Shown piece after piece: positions 1-9,369 of a DNA stretch of 64,000 bases. The stretch lies in assembly GCA_034927595.1 (NCBI GenBank), contig JAYFPQ010000017.1, positions 34,224-98,223 of the forward strand, given 5' to 3'. How positions within the stretch are numbered: position 1 is the stretch's first letter; the number at the start of each line of letters is the position of its first letter. This DNA is from Christensenella sp. Its GTDB lineage: Bacteria > Bacillota > Clostridia > Christensenellales > CAG-138. A model generated the notes under the pieces. That model was not told where the DNA came from and did not search any database. It saw only the letters and a list, made by a program, of their open reading frames with translations. The position numbers were made by a program, and so were the translations under genes.

Positions 1-337
1 GCTCAATGCCGAATTCACCCGGCCAGAACCCCGGTTTTGCCGCGCCGATGTCCACGCCTTTGACAAAGAACGGCTCAAAAGAGCCGCCCTCGGTTCGCAC
101 CAGAAACGTCTTCCCCTCCACGCGGGAAACGGGGCCTATATAGGAGGGCGTTGGCGGCGGTGTGGGCTCGGCGGTCGCGGCCGGTGAGTCGACGACCGCC
201 TGCGCGGCGTTCGCCGGTTCATCGGACGACACCTCGTTTTTTGGCGAACAGGCGAAGGAGCCGAGCAGCCCGCTGATTAAGGCCGCGGTTACCACGAGGT
301 ACATGGCTGTATTCGGAGAAGGCCTTCTGTTTTGCAT
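1..337 (-). CDS. lipoprotein of unknown function (partial; 3' end outside window)
   Basis: Absent from the ORF track because it runs off the window. Reverse-strand ATG at 337..335 follows a GAGGGG RBS. Translation starts MQNRRPSPNTAMYLVVTAALISGLLGSFAC-SPKNE, giving a signal peptide plus lipobox. A Pro/Ala/Thr linker follows, then ...FFVKGVDIGAAKPGFWPGEFGIE continues past position 1. Confidence 0.55.
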   Translation of the reverse strand, partial: MQNRRPSPNTAMYLVVTAALISGLLGSFACSPKNEVSSDEPANAAQAVVDSPAATAEPTPPPTPSYIGPVSRVEGKTFLVRTEGGSFEPFFVKGVDIGAAKPGFWPGEFGIE

Positions 338-386
338 AGGAACCCCTCGCTATCCGCCGGACGTCCATCCGGCGAATGGTATGGTG

Positions 387-414
387 TACGATTGATACAA
401 TACGAATGATACAA
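387..414. repeat. tandem 14-bp direct repeat TACGATTGATACAA / TACGAATGATACAA
   Basis: Two directly adjacent units (387..400 and 401..414) identical at 13 of 14 positions. They lie 50-77 bp upstream of the minus-strand lipoprotein start. Confidence 0.8.
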
Positions 415-551
415 CTAGTATAGGGTATCGTTTCCGCGTGGTCAAATGAATTCCATCTGACTTGTTTCCAACATGCGGCTGAGAATCTGTTGCAAAAGAA
501 AAACAAGCAAAAGGTGTTAACAAACGCGGGGAATCTTCCTTTCCCAGCGCA

Positions 552-580
552 TTGACGGATGGAGTGAACCATACTACAAT
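552..580 (+). promoter_or_regulatory. candidate sigma-70-type promoter for the GGDEF gene
   Basis: TTGACG (552..557), a 17-nt spacer, then TACAAT (575..580). This would give a leader of roughly 260 nt before the ATG at 848. Confidence 0.4.
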
Positions 581-847
581 GGAGGAAAGACGGTTTTTCC
601 AGTGACCGCGCGGCATTGCTGGCGGTGAAGGATTTGCACAAATGGGGAGAACGTCTTGTTTTTGACCCGTCCAACTGTTATAACTGGTTGCAACGCACTT
701 TCGCATCCTTCGATGCATTCATTTCACGATCCGGATGGCGCATCCTCGGCATATGAACGCCGGGCGCACAATCCGCAACGGCGCCGTTCCTGACTGCGGC
801 GGTTCGAACTATAATCCCACAAGAGCGAAACGAAGAGGCGCATCATC

Positions 848-3175
848 ATGTCAAACGACCCAGCACAGAAGACAATCTCCATCTGCGTCATGATTGGCGA
901 CGTCAGCTATGACTTTTCCGCCGAACTGATGAAGGGAATTTTGAGCAAGGCGGAAGAGGAAGGCATTCAACTGCTGTATATGATGGGCATGCCGCGGCAT
1001 GCCGAGCCGGTGGAACCCGGAAGCGAGCTTAAGACCGCCTACCATCACAACAGCATCTATGACTACGCCTATCTCTTTGGCGCGGACGCCTACATTCTGT
1101 CCTGCGGTTCGCTGTCCGGCTTTGAGGCCGAAGATACGTATCAAAAATTTCTGAAGCGGTTTGATGAAACACCGTCCGTCATTTTGCAGGAACGCATTGA
1201 CGACACCCAGCATAAAAAATCCTGCATCACGGTGGATAATTATAATAGCTTTTGCCAGTGCATCGAGCACCTGATTCTGGTACATGGCTGCAAAAAAATC
1301 GCGTTTCTGTCCGGCGTTCGGGATCATCCCGATTCCAAGGAGCGCATGCAGGCATATTTAGACACCATGCATGCGCACAATCTGCCCGTGGAAGACAGCA
1401 TGATCGTCTATGGCGATTTTTCGGAGTTCTCGGATTCACTGGTCGCCCAGCTGCTCGACCAGAATCCCGGACTGGACGCGATTGCGTTTTGCAACGACGA
1501 GATGGCGCGCGGCGGTTATCGGGTTTGCGCAAAGCGCGGCATTCGCATCGGCAAAGACATCGCCTTTACCGGATTTGACAACTTTTCGACAAGCCGTGCG
1601 CTGATGCCCGCGCTGACAACGGTTTCCCAGAACGTCTATCGCATGGGCGAGATGTCCGTTTTGCAAGCGATCGACCATGTGAGAGGCCTTCCCGTAAAAT
1701 CCGCACAATTGGACACGAAACTGGAAATCCGTCGTTCCTGCGGCTGCGAGCCGGATACCGTGCAACAGATCTTTTCACCGGATGAATCCGGCGTTCTTTC
1801 GCTCGACGCTGCTCTGCGGCGCATTCAAAGGGACTTAAAGGAGTGCTATGCCGGTTCGGAAACGGCGTTTAGCGATGCGCTGATCGGCCGCTACATCGAG
1901 ATCATTCGGCGGCTCGCGGACATCGAGCTGCCGTTTGTGGATCGATATCAGATGAGCGACTGGTTTCAGGCGTTTGCGCAGGAATTTGGCAGCATGACGT
2001 TTCTTCTGGCGACGCGCCTGAACGACTACATGATTCAAATGCCAAAGGAAAGCCTGAGTACGCCGCTGATGCGAAAGCTCTACGATATCCTCGGTTTCAG
2101 CCAGGGGTTTCTATTCTCGTACAAAGCGCGCCTGGTGGAGCGTTCGCTGGACGACTTTCGCGCGCAGTCGTGGTTTATTCCGGAGTTCATTCGCGACCTC
2201 GTTGACAGCGATCTGGCGGAGGAGAGCGTTCTGCTCAACGTGGTGAAACGTCTCACGGGGATTGGACTGAACGACGTCTATATCTGCCTGCTGCCCGAGG
2301 CGCAGCCGCTGCATCACACCGATGTCAAGAATCTGCCAAACCGGCTGCTGCTCGCGGCCTACGACAGCGGCGCAGGAGCAAAGTCGTTTCCTCGCCTGCA
2401 GATGCCGGTGATCGACACGAATCACCCGCTGCGGGATCTGCCGGGGCTGGGGGCAACGACGCATCTGATGAGCTTTAGCGTCTTTTCCGGCAATATTCAA
2501 TATGGCATTCTGTTGTGCGAGGTCAATACCACAAAGAGCTCGCTGCTGCATGTCGTCGGTTTGCAGCTTGGCATTTTGATTAACTTTCTGGATCTCAAGC
2601 GCAAGGAAAAGATCATTGGCGACCAGCTCGAGAGCATTCTGGAGCGGAACCAGATTCTCAACTTCCTGTCGGAGTACGATCCGCTTTGCAACATATTAAA
2701 CCGCCGCGGCTTCATTGAGGAGGCGATCCATCTCAACCGCGAGCAGGCGGGCAAACCCGCAATTTGCGTGTTTATGGATCTGGATCACCTCAAGCAGATC
2801 AACGATACCTTCGGGCATACGGAAGGGGACGCCGCTTTGAACGCGTTCTGCTCCATTCTCAAGCAGACGGTTCGGCGGGACGATTTGATTGCGCGCATCG
2901 GCGGGGATGAGTTTGTCGGCATGTTTGTGATTGATCAGCCGGAGTTCGGCTCGGTCTTCCGCAGCCGGATTCGGCAGGCGTTTGACGCGTTCAACCAAAC
3001 GTCCGGCTTGCCATACTATGTCGAGGCGTCGATCGGCATTGCCCACTTCACCTGCGACCACACGCTGGAGATTGGCCGCATCGTGGCCGAGGCGGATCAA
3101 TACTTATATGAAGAAAAGAAGAATAAACGCTTCAGCGCGATCAAAGCGAACGGGCTGAATCAGAAAGAGGCGTAA
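848..3175 (+). CDS. diguanylate cyclase: LacI-type ligand-binding core (no HTH) + unassigned middle region + GGDEF domain
   Basis: 775 aa. The N-terminal ~300 aa read like a LacI/PurR sugar-binding core (ITVDNYNSF, IAFLSG, AIAFCNDEMARG, TTVSQN) with no DNA-binding HTH. The C-terminus is a GGDEF domain (DLDHLKQINDTFGHTEGD ... RIGGDEF). An RxxD I-site (RRDD) sits 5 residues before GGDEF. A GAAGAGG RBS lies 9 nt upstream. Confidence 0.85.
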   Translation: MSNDPAQKTISICVMIGDVSYDFSAELMKGILSKAEEEGIQLLYMMGMPRHAEPVEPGSELKTAYHHNSIYDYAYLFGADAYILSCGSLSGFEAEDTYQKFLKRFDETPSVILQERIDDTQHKKSCITVDNYNSFCQCIEHLILVHGCKKIAFLSGVRDHPDSKERMQAYLDTMHAHNLPVEDSMIVYGDFSEFSDSLVAQLLDQNPGLDAIAFCNDEMARGGYRVCAKRGIRIGKDIAFTGFDNFSTSRALMPALTTVSQNVYRMGEMSVLQAIDHVRGLPVKSAQLDTKLEIRRSCGCEPDTVQQIFSPDESGVLSLDAALRRIQRDLKECYAGSETAFSDALIGRYIEIIRRLADIELPFVDRYQMSDWFQAFAQEFGSMTFLLATRLNDYMIQMPKESLSTPLMRKLYDILGFSQGFLFSYKARLVERSLDDFRAQSWFIPEFIRDLVDSDLAEESVLLNVVKRLTGIGLNDVYICLLPEAQPLHHTDVKNLPNRLLLAAYDSGAGAKSFPRLQMPVIDTNHPLRDLPGLGATTHLMSFSVFSGNIQYGILLCEVNTTKSSLLHVVGLQLGILINFLDLKRKEKIIGDQLESILERNQILNFLSEYDPLCNILNRRGFIEEAIHLNREQAGKPAICVFMDLDHLKQINDTFGHTEGDAALNAFCSILKQTVRRDDLIARIGGDEFVGMFVIDQPEFGSVFRSRIRQAFDAFNQTSGLPYYVEASIGIAHFTCDHTLEIGRIVAEADQYLYEEKKNKRFSAIKANGLNQKEA

Positions 3176-3320
3176 AGCATCGACCGATTCTTAAACGGAT
3201 ATTGATTTTACTTACGATCTGTACATTGTATTCTGCAAATCAAACACATTTGTAAGCGGCCCTTGCCGCAGGCATTCCAATTCCTGACCGGAACAAAACA
3301 ACGGATGGGGGATGACTCGA

Positions 3321-4628
3321 ATGCGACGCAAATCCTTTCTGGCAGTTCTATCGCTGCTACTGGCAACGACCTTTCTGTTTTCCTGTGCAAATTTCAATCA
3401 GTCTGCAGACTCTGCCAACGCTGCGGCATCCGAGCCGGTGCAGCCAATCTCCTTCCGGATTACCTGGACGGACTATTCCGGTCGCGGTCAGGCGATTCAA
3501 GAAATCGTGAACGACTACAACACATCGCAGCCAAGCGCGGCGGTTCAACTGCTGGGCGGAGACGAGGATGCGGAGACGATCCGCGCCCTGCTGGCCAGCC
3601 AGCCGGAGACCGTTTTTGTGCTGCCATATCGCTATGTGCAACACTTTGGCGACCTCGGCTTGCTGCTCGATCTGAGCGATGCGTTTGCCGCGGAGCAGAC
3701 GTTGTTTTATCCCGCCATCTGGAAGCTTGGCACCATGGGAGGCAAGACCTACGGCATTCCATGGCTGGGGCATTCCATGTGCCTGCTCTACAACAAAAGT
3801 CTCTTGAAAGAAGCGGACGTTGACCCCGATTCGATTCAAAGCGTCGACGCACTCGTTGCTGCACTGGAGCAGGTGGAACGGAATACCTCGGCGCGCGGCA
3901 TCGGGCTGGTTGGGGCGGAGAGCAACGACGTCTCCTGGATGGTGAATCAGTTTGTGTATGGCTTTGGCGGCAAGCTGGTCAACGACGCAGGCACGCAGGT
4001 TGCGGTCAATAGCCCGCAGGCGGAAGCCGCGATTGATTTTTATAAGAACGTGCTGGGCGCGCATGCGCAGCCGACCTGGACGGAGGATACCGGCGTCGAG
4101 GTGATGGAGGCGTTCCGCAAGCAGCAGGTCGCGTTTGAGATTCAGGGCATTTGGGGCATTACGGACATTCAAAAGAACGGCTCGCCGTTTGAGGTTGGAG
4201 CCATCGCGCTCAAAGACATTGGGCTATACGCCGAGGTAGGACCCATGATGCTGTCCATTCCCGCCGGCATGAGCGAAGGCGGGAGGGAGCAGGCGGTTTC
4301 GTTCATTCGATACCTGATCTCAAAGGACGCGCAGGAGCAGATCCTCAACGGCGAATACAGCGTGGAACACGACACGTATTATCCGTTTCGAACGCCGATT
4401 CGCACCGATATGACGGATATGCCGTTGGTGCAGATAAATCCGGTCTATCAGATGTTTATCGAGGGGTTTGAACAACCGAGTGTGGATGTTCCCGTTCCGG
4501 CCTGGCAGACGGTGAAGAGCGAGCTCTACGAACCGGGGCTGCATCGGGTGATGACGGGCGAACTGCCGATTTCCGATTTTCTCGCGCAGATGGAGGCGGA
4601 GGGGAACCGAATCCTCGCCGCACAGTAG
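3321..4628 (+). CDS. extracellular solute-binding lipoprotein (ABC family-1 type), no cognate permease or ATPase nearby
   Basis: Track ORF is 3312..4628. The second ATG (3321) is better spaced from the GGGGG RBS. It has a signal peptide and lipobox (LLLATTFLFSC). The length and sequence texture are those of a sugar/oligosaccharide-type binding protein. Confidence 0.8.
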   Translation: MRRKSFLAVLSLLLATTFLFSCANFNQSADSANAAASEPVQPISFRITWTDYSGRGQAIQEIVNDYNTSQPSAAVQLLGGDEDAETIRALLASQPETVFVLPYRYVQHFGDLGLLLDLSDAFAAEQTLFYPAIWKLGTMGGKTYGIPWLGHSMCLLYNKSLLKEADVDPDSIQSVDALVAALEQVERNTSARGIGLVGAESNDVSWMVNQFVYGFGGKLVNDAGTQVAVNSPQAEAAIDFYKNVLGAHAQPTWTEDTGVEVMEAFRKQQVAFEIQGIWGITDIQKNGSPFEVGAIALKDIGLYAEVGPMMLSIPAGMSEGGREQAVSFIRYLISKDAQEQILNGEYSVEHDTYYPFRTPIRTDMTDMPLVQINPVYQMFIEGFEQPSVDVPVPAWQTVKSELYEPGLHRVMTGELPISDFLAQMEAEGNRILAAQ

Positions 4629-4709
4629 AATCTCGGAACCGCGAGACGGGCAAGAACGAACCGAAACACGAGAGTCCAACGGGCAGATCGGCAGAAAGGG
4701 ATGTGCAAC

Positions 4710-5777
4710 ATGAAAATCCTGATTGCGGACGATTCCAAAACGGATGTCGCGCTGATCAGCGGAATACTATCCGCCTATGAGACACTGACGGCATACGACG
4801 GGGTGGAAGCGCTGGAGCGCCTTCGCGAGCACCCGGACATCGATATGTTGATCCTCGACATCAGCATGCCACGCATGAACGGTTTTGAAGTGCTGGAGGC
4901 GATGCGGGCGGACCCGGAATTCAACGACATTGCGACGCTGATTTTGACGAACTCGGACGAGATCGACAACGAGATGCGCGGGCTCGATCTGGGTGCGGTG
5001 GACTACATTCGAAAGCCGCTCAACATTCGCTCGCTGCGTAAACGCGTGGAACTCCACATCAAGCTAAAGAGCGCGCGAAACGAGCTGGCGCAGCAGAACA
5101 GCATTCTCGAAAAGACAGTTCGCGAGCGAACGCGAGAAAGCGTGCTGACGCGAGACGTCACGATTCGCGCGCTGGTCGGGCTATTGGAAGTTCGCAACAT
5201 CGAATCGAGCAACCACACCAAGCGGACGCAGTTGATGATGCGCGCGCTTTGCAACCATCTTCGCGCACAGGAGCCATTTCACACCATTCTCACGGACGCG
5301 TATTCGACGGAGCTGTTTGATACGACGCCGCTGCACGACATCGGAAAAGTCGGCATTCCGGATCATATTTTGCTCAAGCCCGGCAAACTGACGCCGGAGG
5401 AATTCGAAATCATGAAGAAGCATACGACCTACGGCATGGAAGCCCTCCGCGGAAAAGACCGCGAAGGAGATAACTTATCGTTTATTCGCACCGCGGCGGA
5501 AATTGCGGGAACGCACCACGAAAAGTTCGACGGCTCCGGGTATCCAAACGGGCTCGCGGGGAAGGAGATTCCGCTCTCCGGCCGACTGATGGCGATTATT
5601 GACGTATACGACGCGCTCGTGAACAAGCGCGTGTATAAGCCCGCGTTTTCGCACGAAGAGGCGATGAAGATCATTGCGGAGAGCCGCGGCACGCATTTTG
5701 ACCCGGACATCACGGACGCATTTTTCAAGATTGAGGAAAGCATTCGAAAGATCAGCGAAACCTTTGCGCAGCAATAA
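4710..5777 (+). CDS. response regulator with HD-GYP c-di-GMP phosphodiesterase output domain
   Basis: Track ORF is 4701..5777. MKILIADD at 4710 is the typical REC start. REC motifs are present (DMLILDISMPRMNG, KP). The HD-GYP motifs are intact (HDIGKVGIP ... HHEKFDGSGYPNGL). Confidence 0.85.
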   Translation: MKILIADDSKTDVALISGILSAYETLTAYDGVEALERLREHPDIDMLILDISMPRMNGFEVLEAMRADPEFNDIATLILTNSDEIDNEMRGLDLGAVDYIRKPLNIRSLRKRVELHIKLKSARNELAQQNSILEKTVRERTRESVLTRDVTIRALVGLLEVRNIESSNHTKRTQLMMRALCNHLRAQEPFHTILTDAYSTELFDTTPLHDIGKVGIPDHILLKPGKLTPEEFEIMKKHTTYGMEALRGKDREGDNLSFIRTAAEIAGTHHEKFDGSGYPNGLAGKEIPLSGRLMAIIDVYDALVNKRVYKPAFSHEEAMKIIAESRGTHFDPDITDAFFKIEESIRKISETFAQQ

Positions 5778-5795
5778 GCGGAAAGGAATGATTCT

Positions 5796-8726
5796 ATGAG
5801 AAAGGCAAGCATTTTGCTCCTCGGTGTACTGCTCCTAAGTCTGCTGCTCGGGGTGTTCGGCGCTCCGGCGCTGGCTGCGCAGACGGATGCAGCGCCGTTA
5901 CTGAATCTGACCCCGGAGGAACAGGCGTTTCTTCGGGAGCATTCCATGATTCGACTGGGCGTTGATCCGACCTTCGTGCCTTACGAGTTCATCGATCTGG
6001 ACGGAACGTATAAGGGAATTGCGGCGGACTACATCACCCTGATCGAGGAGCGCACCGGCCTGAATATGGTGGTCACGACGGGGCTCACCTGGGCGGAGGC
6101 CTATGATCAGGCGGTCAACGGTAAGATCGATGTGCTGCCCTGCGTTGGGCAGACGCCGGAGCGGGAGAAGTACTTTCTCTTTTCGGATGGGTACTTCACT
6201 TTCCACCGCGCGGTGTTCTTCAACGAGGACACCAAGGGCATCAATCGCTTTGAAGATCTCTACGGCAAAAAGGTCGCCGTTCAGTTCAACAGTTCGCACT
6301 ATAGCTTCATGAAGGATTATCCGCAAATCGAGCTTAGCCTGTATCCAACCGTGGAACAGGGGCTCGGTGCGGTGTCCAGCGGGCTGGAAATCGCGTTTGT
6401 CGGCAATCTCGCGACATCCAGCTATTTGGCAAAATCCATCGGCATTACAAACCTCAAATACATCACGCTTGAGACCGACACAAATGATCCGTCGCAATCC
6501 CTGCATTTCGCGGTTCGAAAGGACTGGCCGGAGCTGGTGAGTATTCTAAACAAAGCACTCGCCAGCATCACGAAGGAGGAGCGCACCCAGATTACCAACA
6601 AGTGGATCGGCGTGGAAAGCACCGTGAATTATGCGGATATTCTGCGGGTGATTGAAATCTCCGGAGCCGTGCTTGTTTTGATCGTTGGCGTATCCTACTT
6701 CTGGATCATCCGGCTACGAAAGGAGATCAAAAAGCGCCGCGAGGCGCAAGACGCGTTGATTGCCGCCAAGGAGGAAGCGGAGTCTGCCAACGAGGTGAAG
6801 TCGCTATTTCTCGCGCGCATGTCGCACGAAATTCGAACGCCTCTCAGCGCGATTCTGGGGATGTCCTACCTGATTCGGAAAACCGAGCTCTCCGTAACGC
6901 AGGGGCTCTACCTGGATAAGCTCACGCAGGCAGCGCACAATATGCTCGGCACGATCAACGATATTCTGGATTTTTCCAAGATCGAAGCCGGAAAGATTAC
7001 GATTGAACGGGTTTCGTTCGATCTGGATTCGGTGCTCCAGCGAATCGTGAACATCTCGTCCGTCAAGGCGGAGGAGCAGGGAATTGAACTTGGCATGGAA
7101 AAGGACGCGAGTCTGCCCTCGTTCTTCCTTGGCGACCCGCTTCGCATTGAGCAGATTCTGCTCAATCTCGTGAACAATGCGGTCAAGTTTACGTCCCAAG
7201 GGTATGTCTGCATTCGTATCCGGGAGAAGGAGCGCGACGGGCGGAATCGCCTGGTCGAGTTCACCGTAGAGGACAGCGGAATCGGCATGAGTCAGGAGCA
7301 GCTCGACCATCTGTTTATCCCGTTCGATCAGGGTGATTCCAGCATCAGCCGCCGCTTCGGCGGGAGCGGGCTGGGGCTCTCCATCGTCAAGAGTCTGACC
7401 GACCTGATGGGCGGAAAGATCGAGGTTTCCAGCGAACTGGGCAAGGGGTCTACGTTTGTCGTGAGCCTGCCGCTGGAGGAAGACCCCCGGCCGGAACGAG
7501 CCGAAATCAAGCAGATGGCGACGAACTACTTTCGGGCCATCCGCGCGCTGGTGGTGGACCCAAACGAATCCTCCGGCGTGCTGCTGACGCAGTACCTCCG
7601 CTCCTTCGGGATTTTGACCGATCTGGCCTCCGCCGAGCAGGAGGCAAGCAAGTTGATTCGTCGGGCAACGGAGGAAGAGGAGAAGCCCTATCAACTGATT
7701 GCGGTGGACTTTGCCCATTCGGTCGACGCCGGAGCCGAGTTTGTGCGGAAACTGCGCAATTCGCCATACTCGAATTCGAAATGCAAGTATATTGCGATTT
7801 TGCCGATGTCCCGCGACGAACTCTGCGAGGAGATGGAGTCCGCCGGGGTGGATTTCAGCATACTCAAGCCGGTGATTCCCTCCGTGTTGTTCAACGGAAT
7901 CGTCGAGATATTCGAAATCGGGCCGCCGGAGTTACAACGCCCCATTCCGCTCGACGAGGACCAGCCGAAACGTGAACAATACTCGATTTTGCTGGTGGAG
8001 GACAACAAGACGAATCAGTTCATCGCAAAAACCATTCTGGAGCAGGCGGGCATGCAGGTTTCGCTAGCTTCCAACGGCGAGGAAGGCTGCCGGTATTTCG
8101 AAGAACACCGAAACGAGATTCACCTGATCCTTATGGACCTGCATATGCCGGTGATGGACGGGTATGCGGCGTCGGACTGCATTCGCGCGCTCGACCCGAA
8201 TGTTCCAATCGTCGCCATGACGGCGGACGCGATTGCCGGCGTGGAAGAGAAATGCAGAGCCCACGGAATCTATCATTATGCGAGCAAGCCCTTTGATCCG
8301 GAGCAATTGATCGATTCGATTGATACCATTCTCCAGAATCAGCGAGCGTCTTTTGCCGAGCAGCAGCCAGTGGCGGACGTCGCCGGAAGCGGCGCACTCG
8401 ACACGGCGGACGGACTCAAACGAATTGGCGGGGACGAAGCGGTCTATCGGCTGGTGCTGGACGCGTTTGCAGAGGAGAACCAGTCGGTCGGCGAGGAACT
8501 AAAGCGCGTAATCGAGGCAAAGGACTTCGACCCGGCAATTCAGATTGTGCATAAGATCAAGAGCAGCTCCGGCAGCATTGGCGCGAGCGGCCTGCACGAC
8601 ACCGCCGCGGAGTTGCAACAGGCATTGAAGGAACGCGACGGCGACGCGATCACGCGCCTGCATGAGTTGTTTCAGCAACAACTATCGCAGTTGCTGCGGG
8701 CGATTGAGGACTATCGAGCCAACTGA
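5796..8726 (+). CDS. hybrid sensor histidine kinase (periplasmic SBP_bac_3-like sensor, HisKA, HATPase, REC-like, REC, HPt)
   Basis: 976 aa. It opens with a signal/TM segment, then an amino-acid-binding-protein-like domain ([14 protein letters not shown]...GIAADY) and a TM segment ([16 protein letters not shown]). The H-box is [11 protein letters not shown], and the ATPase G-boxes are DSGIGM and [11 protein letters not shown] receiver-like region ([17 protein letters not shown]) precedes a canonical REC ([22 protein letters not shown]). The C-terminus is an HPt domain ([12 protein letters not shown]). Confidence 0.85.
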   Translation: MRKASILLLGVLLLSLLLGVFGAPALAAQTDAAPLLNLTPEEQAFLREHSMIRLGVDPTFVPYEFIDLDGTYKGIAADYITLIEERTGLNMVVTTGLTWAEAYDQAVNGKIDVLPCVGQTPEREKYFLFSDGYFTFHRAVFFNEDTKGINRFEDLYGKKVAVQFNSSHYSFMKDYPQIELSLYPTVEQGLGAVSSGLEIAFVGNLATSSYLAKSIGITNLKYITLETDTNDPSQSLHFAVRKDWPELVSILNKALASITKEERTQITNKWIGVESTVNYADILRVIEISGAVLVLIVGVSYFWIIRLRKEIKKRREAQDALIAAKEEAESANEVKSLFLARMSHEIRTPLSAILGMSYLIRKTELSVTQGLYLDKLTQAAHNMLGTINDILDFSKIEAGKITIERVSFDLDSVLQRIVNISSVKAEEQGIELGMEKDASLPSFFLGDPLRIEQILLNLVNNAVKFTSQGYVCIRIREKERDGRNRLVEFTVEDSGIGMSQEQLDHLFIPFDQGDSSISRRFGGSGLGLSIVKSLTDLMGGKIEVSSELGKGSTFVVSLPLEEDPRPERAEIKQMATNYFRAIRALVVDPNESSGVLLTQYLRSFGILTDLASAEQEASKLIRRATEEEEKPYQLIAVDFAHSVDAGAEFVRKLRNSPYSNSKCKYIAILPMSRDELCEEMESAGVDFSILKPVIPSVLFNGIVEIFEIGPPELQRPIPLDEDQPKREQYSILLVEDNKTNQFIAKTILEQAGMQVSLASNGEEGCRYFEEHRNEIHLILMDLHMPVMDGYAASDCIRALDPNVPIVAMTADAIAGVEEKCRAHGIYHYASKPFDPEQLIDSIDTILQNQRASFAEQQPVADVAGSGALDTADGLKRIGGDEAVYRLVLDAFAEENQSVGEELKRVIEAKDFDPAIQIVHKIKSSSGSIGASGLHDTAAELQQALKERDGDAITRLHELFQQQLSQLLRAIEDYRAN

Positions 8727-8743
8727 TGTAGCGCAACAGAACG

Positions 8744-8792
8744 AAAAAACCGGATTGCGTTTCTCCGTTTCGGAGATCGCAACCCGGTTTTT
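8744..8792. terminator. bidirectional rho-independent terminator between convergent genes
   Basis: AAAAAACCGGATTGCG ... CGCAACCCGGTTTTT forms a stem with one mismatch. An inner TCTCCG-TTTC-GGAGA hairpin sits within it. An A-tract lies upstream and a T-tract downstream. Confidence 0.6.
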
Positions 8793-8805
8793 GCACGCAT
8801 TCGGA

Positions 8806-9369
8806 TTATTCGGTGATCGCTTGCTGTTTTTTCAGCGCACGGATTTTCCTACGAATCGGCATGCCGAGAAAGAAGAACATAAACCCAAGCGCCACCAAAC
8901 AAACGCCCAGAACGAAATTACCGTTCGAAAAATTGCCCAGCTGTCCGTCGACTACCAAGTTGGCGATGCCAACCGCCAGATTGCAGGCACCCACAGACCA
9001 TTCAATTGCGGTCATTGCGTTCAAGAAGGTGCTGACGCGCTTGTAATGCTGAATCTGCGAATTGAGATCGGTATAGATATCGAAGGGACCGTCCGCCGCG
9101 TCTCGTCTTAAGTAGACCCAGCGCATGTAGCTGGTTACGACCTCTACGCCGTTCTCTTCCAGAAAACGCAGGTATGCCTGGCTTTCCGGGTGCGAAGGCA
9201 GGTTCTCGAGCAGCTCGATGCGATAGAGGTATTGTCCCCTCGGTGTTTCTTCAAACGCATAGCGGCACCAGGTGTAGTCCGTCAGCGCGAGCCCCTTAGC
9301 CGCCATGTCGTTGAGCCAGCGTTCTTCCTTTTCAAAATTCCAATAGGCTTTGTAAACAATGTGCTTCAT
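8806..9369 (-). CDS. DUF2812-like membrane protein (usual partner of PadR regulators)
   Basis: 187 aa. The N-terminus (YKAYWNFEKEERWLNDMAAKGLAL) matches my recollection of DUF2812. Two C-terminal hydrophobic helices are present. Its ATG overlaps the PadR stop (ATGA). Confidence 0.65.
   Translation of the reverse strand: MKHIVYKAYWNFEKEERWLNDMAAKGLALTDYTWCRYAFEETPRGQYLYRIELLENLPSHPESQAYLRFLEENGVEVVTSYMRWVYLRRDAADGPFDIYTDLNSQIQHYKRVSTFLNAMTAIEWSVGACNLAVGIANLVVDGQLGNFSNGNFVLGVCLVALGFMFFFLGMPIRRKIRALKKQQAITE

Noticed and set aside
795-815. tRNA-like T-arm sequence GGTTCGAAC.
   Set aside because: There is no acceptor, anticodon or D-arm complementarity around it. It is an isolated chance match inside the cyclase leader.
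587-847. c-di-GMP (GEMM-type) riboswitch in the leader of the diguanylate cyclase gene.
   Set aside because: It is attractive by context. But I could not find the conserved GEMM core elements or a convincing two-helix arrangement by eye, only scattered fragments such as ACGCAC. I report it only as an unexplained long leader.
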